Shown one piece after another: positions 28,615-32,000 of a stretch of 32,000 nt of DNA. Position 1 is the stretch's first letter. Every line of letters begins with the position of its first letter. The position numbers and the translations under genes were made by a program. Source of the stretch: Nostoc sp. PCC 7120 = FACHB-418 (GTDB lineage Bacteria; Cyanobacteriota; Cyanobacteriia; Cyanobacteriales; Nostocaceae); the NCBI RefSeq assembly GCF_000009705.1, contig NC_003272.1, positions 5,190,001-5,222,000 of the forward strand, written 5' to 3'. The notes beneath the pieces were generated by a model. The model worked only from the letters and a program-made list of their open reading frames with translations. It made no database searches and was not told where the DNA came from.

Positions 28615-29238
28615 TCAAAATATCTGTTCCAACTTTTGGAAATCGCGCTGTACTTCTTCCCATAATGCTTTGTTATGGGGGTCAGTTTTTAAGGCTTTTT
28701 TGAGATAGACTCTGGCTTTGAGGAGTTGATTTTCGTTAATGAGGGCGCGTCCCCAGATTTGATAGGCGATCGCTTGCCATTGGCGTACTTCTGGATCTTT
28801 CGGTAAACGGGCGGCTAAAGCTTCTGCTAAGGCGATCGCTTGGGGAAATCTTCTTTCCCGCAAAAACCGTTGCAGTTGTTCATAGGTCTTCCACTTTAAC
28901 CGTTGTTCGATTTCTATAATGTTTGGTGGTTTTGATGGAGACGGCTTTTCATCTGTGACGGTAGCCGTAGGCGCTTTCTCTTGGTGAGTTGCTTTGATAT
29001 TTTCACTACTAGAGGTAGGTGATTGCTTTGACTTTTGCGCTGTGTCCTCTGGAGGTACTACCGTCAACAGAAATCTGTAAGCCTCGGTCAAGGCAATAAA
29101 CTTATCTTGAGCTTTTTTATCAGTAGGGTTGATATCAGGATGATATTGCTGCGCCAGCCTTCGGTAAGAGGCTTTAATATCAGCAAATGAAGCTCCCGAC
29201 CTTAAACCCAATAAACGGTAGCAATCTCCGAGATCCAT
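28615..29238 (-). CDS. J-domain (DnaJ-like) protein with a TPR-like C-terminal region
   Basis: 207 aa. The N-terminal J-domain reads YRLLGL...ASYRRLAQQYHPDINP and includes the HPD motif. A Ser/Pro/Thr-rich linker follows. The C-terminus is helical-repeat-like (AIAYQIWGRALINENQLLKARVYLKKALKTDP). Confidence 0.85.
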   Translation of the reverse strand: MDLGDCYRLLGLRSGASFADIKASYRRLAQQYHPDINPTDKKAQDKFIALTEAYRFLLTVVPPEDTAQKSKQSPTSSSENIKATHQEKAPTATVTDEKPSPSKPPNIIEIEQRLKWKTYEQLQRFLRERRFPQAIALAEALAARLPKDPEVRQWQAIAYQIWGRALINENQLLKARVYLKKALKTDPHNKALWEEVQRDFQKLEQIF

Positions 29239-29351
29239 TTTGATCTACTTAATTCTGTAATATTCAGCCATCAGCGACGAGCTTTTTGCTGAAAGTTTTA
29301 ATAATAAACAATAATCTTATAATTTATAGTTCACATTTGACAGTTTTTCTA

Positions 29352-29430
29352 GGGATTGGGGATTGGGGACTGGGGATTGGGGACTGGGGACTGGGGATTG
29401 GGGATTGGGGACTGGGGACTGGGGACTGGG
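29352..29430. repeat. STRR1-type heptamer array, 11 units GGGATTG/GGGACTG (minus strand CAATCCC/CAGTCCC)
   Basis: I counted unit by unit. The variant order is T T C T C C T T C C C, where T = GGGATTG and C = GGGACTG. This gives ten GGGG tracts separated by ATT or ACT. Confidence 0.92.
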
Positions 29431-29454
29431 AAATCTTTCTGTAAATTCCTTTTT

Positions 29455-29506
29455 CCCCCTGCTCCCTGCCCCCCTGCCTCCCCTGCTTCCCCTGCCCCCT
29501 GCCCCC
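29455..29506. repeat. C-tract array (CCCCCTG-like units, about 7 copies of 7-9 nt); G-rich on the minus strand
   Basis: CCCCCTG CTCCCTG CCCCCCTG CCTCCCCTG CTTCCCCTG CCCCCTG CCCCC. It ends 4 nt from the clpP stop codon. Confidence 0.75.
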
Positions 29507-29510
29507 ATGT

Positions 29511-30104
29511 TTAGACGCGTTCTTCAATCACACGGTCAATCAAACCGTATTCCATCGCCTCTTGAGCTGACATAAAAAAGTCCCGATCCATATCTTTTTC
29601 GATTTTGGCTAGGGGTTGACTGGTGTTGTTGGCATAAATTTGATTGAGCTGGTGGCGAATCCGTAGAATTTCTCTGGCTTCGATTTCGATATCGGTTGCT
29701 TGTCCACGGGTTCCACCAGAAGGTTGGTGAATCATAATCCGTGAATGGGGTAATGCCATGCGCTTACCTTTGGTACCAGCAGCTAACAAGAAAGAACCCA
29801 TAGAAGCAGCTAAACCTACGCAAATGGTTACCACATCTGATTTGATGTGCTGCATTGTGTCATAAATTGCCAAACCGGATGTTACCATCCCACCGGGGGA
29901 ATTGATATACAAATAAATGTCCTTACCTGGGTCTTCTGAATCCAGGTACAACATGACGGCGATAATTTGGTTAGCAATTTCATCATCAACGTCGCGTCCC
30001 AAGAAAATAATTCGTTCTCGGTATAGGCGATCGTAGATGCTAATCCAATCTGTAAATTGACCACCTGGCATCCGATACGGGACTTTAGGAACTCCTATAG
30101 GCAT
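29511..30104 (-). CDS. clpP: ATP-dependent Clp protease proteolytic subunit (catalytically intact; ClpP3-type by its pairing with clpR)
   Basis: 197 aa. The Ser-His-Asp triad contexts are present: [14 protein letters not shown] and DRDFFMSA. Confidence 0.95.
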
Positions 30105-30125
30105 TTTTTTGACTCCGTTTGTAAT

Positions 30126-30159
30126 TTAGTCATTAGTCATTAGTCATTAGTCATTAGTT
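30126..30159. repeat. Heptamer array TTAGTCA x4 plus a partial unit (STRR2-like, compare TTGGTCA)
   Basis: Read directly from the sequence. It lies inside the 79-nt clpR-clpP intercistronic spacer. Confidence 0.85.
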
Positions 30160-30183
30160 TTATAACTATTGACTGCTGACTTT

Positions 30184-30846
30184 TTAAAGAACACTTGCTG
30201 GTAGTGGCGGATTTGCGAGTTCTTCTTTTTCAAAAACTCTATCAATCAAACCGTAATCCTTGGCTTGATAAGGAGTCATGTATAGGAGACGATCCATGTC
30301 TTTGGTGATTTTTTCTGGTGCCTGTCCGGTGGTGCGGGCGAAAATATCAACCATTGAACCTTTGTTTACCAAGACTTCCCTGGCTCGAATTTGAATATCC
30401 GTTGCTTGACCTTGGGCGTAGCTCTTGGGTTGGTGCAGGATAATTGAGGAGCTGGGTAAACTAGCGCGACAACCTTTTGTCCCAGCACTCAGTAACATTG
30501 CTGCCATACCCATCGCCGAACCAATGCAAATGGTGTGAATTGGAGGCTTGATGTATTTCATGGTGTCATAGATGGCGAAGGCTTCAGTTTCAAAGCCGAT
30601 AGGTTCGCCACTATAACCGGAAGTGCCAGTGGAGTTTATATAGATTTTAATTGGTTTGTCGGGGTCGTCAGACTGTAAATACAATAGTTGAGCGACTATC
30701 AATTCCGTAACAGCAGGAACCAGTGGCATCCCCAGATAGACAATTCGTTCCTTGAGTAAAAGGGAGGGTAAATCTGGTGGCGGTGTCCTGTAGGAGCTGT
30801 CACCGTAGTAAGGGGCTTGAACAGCCTTGATGGGGGAAATGTCCAT
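30184..30846 (-). CDS. clpR: ClpR, a non-catalytic ClpP paralog
   Basis: 220 aa and alignable to the adjacent ClpP. The catalytic Ser is replaced by Gly (GSAMGMAA versus GLAASMGS). The catalytic Asp is replaced by Leu (DMDRLLYM versus DMDRDFFM). His is retained (ILHQP). There is an extra loop of about 10 aa (TSGYSGEPIGFETE). Confidence 0.85.
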   Translation of the reverse strand: MDISPIKAVQAPYYGDSSYRTPPPDLPSLLLKERIVYLGMPLVPAVTELIVAQLLYLQSDDPDKPIKIYINSTGTSGYSGEPIGFETEAFAIYDTMKYIKPPIHTICIGSAMGMAAMLLSAGTKGCRASLPSSSIILHQPKSYAQGQATDIQIRAREVLVNKGSMVDIFARTTGQAPEKITKDMDRLLYMTPYQAKDYGLIDRVFEKEELANPPLPASVL

Positions 30847-31096
30847 AGCAACTGATCGCCTGATATTGTGCCGTTAACTGTAATACATCCTAGCGCGATG
30901 CTAGCTCTCTTCAAGTGCGGTTTTCTCGCTAATTTAAAGGTAACAGAGCATCTGCCAACAGGTGGCTCCTAAGATATTCTGAATATATTATCTGAAATAT
31001 ATTAATGGATTGACTTTAATAAAGTTTTCCGTAGCGCTAATGTAGCGTTTTGGAGTTATTCATGAATGTATATATCCTAACCAGGAATTAAGGGTT

Positions 31097-32000
31097 ATGA
31101 AAGTTAATTTGCAGCCTGTCCTCAATGATGCCAATTTGGATGCACAACAGCCCAGTAGCCAGCGTCAGTTGGCAATTTCGATTTCGGCTGGTGCTGAACC
31201 GCAAGACCGTACTGTACCGCTTAATCTATGCCTAATTCTTGACCATAGTGGCTCGATGAATGGGCGACCGCTAGAAATCGTCAAACAGGCGGCAATTCGT
31301 TTGGTTGACCGTCTCAAGACAGGCGATCGCCTGAGTGTGGTAGCTTTTGATCACCGTGCTAAGGTCTTAGTCCCTAATCAAGTCATCGACAACCCAGAAC
31401 AAATCAAAAAACAAATCAGTCGGCTGGCGGCGGATGGTGGTACAGCCATTGATGAGGGTTTACGTTTGGGGATTGAGGAATTAGCCAAGGGGAAGAAAGA
31501 AACGATTTCTCAAGCTTTTTTGTTAACCGATGGGGAAAATGAACACGGTGACAACAGTCGCTGCTTGAAATTTGCTCAACTGGCCGCTGGTTATAGCTTG
31601 ACGTTGAATACTCTGGGATTTGGTGACAACTGGAACCAAGATATTTTAGAAAAAATTGCGGATGCTGGCTTGGGAAGCTTGTCTTATATCCAGAAACCCG
31701 AACAAGCGGTAGACGAGTTTGGTCGTCTGTTCAGCCGGATACAAACGGTGGGGTTGACTAATGCCTATTTGCTATTGTCCCTCGCGCCTAACGTCCGCCT
31801 CGCAGAACTTAAACCCATTGCCCAAGTTGCCCCAGACACAATTGAGTTACCTCTGCAACAAGAAACAGATGGCCGTTTTGCGGTTCGCCTGGGAGATTTG
31901 ATGAAGGATGTAGAAAGGGTGATTTTGACTAATATTTATTTGGGACAGTTGCCAGAGGGTAAACAACCCATTGCCAATGTGCAGATCCGTTATGATAACC
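31097..32000 (+). CDS. von Willebrand factor type A (VWA) domain protein, N-terminal 301 codons (3' end outside the window)
   Basis: Absent from the ORF track because it is truncated. My translation reads MKVNLQPVLNDANLD...LNLCLILDHSGSMNGRPLEIVKQAAIRLVDRLKTGDRLSVVAFDHRAKV...ADGGTAIDEGL...AFLLTDGENEHG. The MIDAS elements DxSGS, T and D are present. Confidence 0.85.
   Translation, partial: MKVNLQPVLNDANLDAQQPSSQRQLAISISAGAEPQDRTVPLNLCLILDHSGSMNGRPLEIVKQAAIRLVDRLKTGDRLSVVAFDHRAKVLVPNQVIDNPEQIKKQISRLAADGGTAIDEGLRLGIEELAKGKKETISQAFLLTDGENEHGDNSRCLKFAQLAAGYSLTLNTLGFGDNWNQDILEKIADAGLGSLSYIQKPEQAVDEFGRLFSRIQTVGLTNAYLLLSLAPNVRLAELKPIAQVAPDTIELPLQQETDGRFAVRLGDLMKDVERVILTNIYLGQLPEGKQPIANVQIRYDN

Noticed and set aside
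29352-29430. Whether the repeat arrays here, and at 269-306, 28577-28610 and 30126-30159, are CRISPR arrays.
   Set aside because: The units are 7 nt and directly abutting with no unique spacers. CRISPR repeats are about 24-40 nt and separated by spacers of similar length. No cas genes are in the window.
29317-29575. Three overlapping track ORFs (63, 67 and 70 aa) with [17 protein letters not shown]- or [15 protein letters not shown]-type repeats.
   Set aside because: They are translations of the heptamer and C-tract arrays in different frames and strands. The periodic peptides are artefacts of 7-nt repeats read in three phases. They have no independent start context and overlap the clpP 3' end.
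1-32000. A search for tRNA, rRNA, tmRNA, RNase P RNA or riboswitch-like elements in the larger spacers (4383-4882, 6376-6743, 8727-9567, 26105-26551, 30847-31096).
   Set aside because: I found no GTTCRANYC T-loop in a cloverleaf context, no rRNA-like segments, and no match to the riboswitch cores I can recall (for example the glutamine riboswitch upstream of glsF). A covariance-model scan would be needed to be sure.

Overview
The window looks like chromosomal DNA from a filamentous, Nostoc/Anabaena-type cyanobacterium. By manual scan there are about 28 copies of the HIP1 octamer GCGATCGC. Intergenic spacers carry several STRR-type heptamer arrays (CCCCAGT/CCCCAAT, TTAGTCA, TTAACAG). No strain assignment is possible without a database search.

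Most of the window is housekeeping:
- str operon on the minus strand: rpsL, rpsG, fusA, tuf and a truncated rpsJ (1-5266), with a near-consensus promoter.
- An A-type Fe-S carrier and a mannose-6-P-isomerase-type cupin.
- A secreted phosphodiester-glycosidase protein.
- Ferredoxin-type glutamate synthase (9607-14286), which carries an in-frame (Asn-Gly)7 microsatellite.
- A NodB polysaccharide deacetylase, dxr, moaD, a PaO-type Rieske oxygenase, and a J-domain protein.
- A clpR-clpP pair in which ClpR has lost the catalytic Ser and Asp.
- A truncated VWA-domain gene at the right edge.

The only accessory-looking part is 15.3-24.6 kb. It starts with a 1.2 kb very AT-rich stretch with no ORF of 60 aa or more. 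Five contiguous polytopic GT-C-type glycosyltransferase genes follow, from at least three families: two ArnT/PMT-like, a tandem paralog pair, and one PIG-V/Gpi18-like. No sugar-donor synthase, flippase or exporter is in view. I rate this as the best candidate for an uncharacterised envelope or protein glycosylation system, but function is inferred from motifs only.

Secondary curiosities:
- A G-tract heptamer array next to a C-tract array between clpP and the J-protein gene.
- An unusually long 500 bp rpsL-rpsG spacer.
- Inverted heptamer hairpins in other spacers.

I found no rRNA, tRNA, CRISPR array, transposase or integrase.
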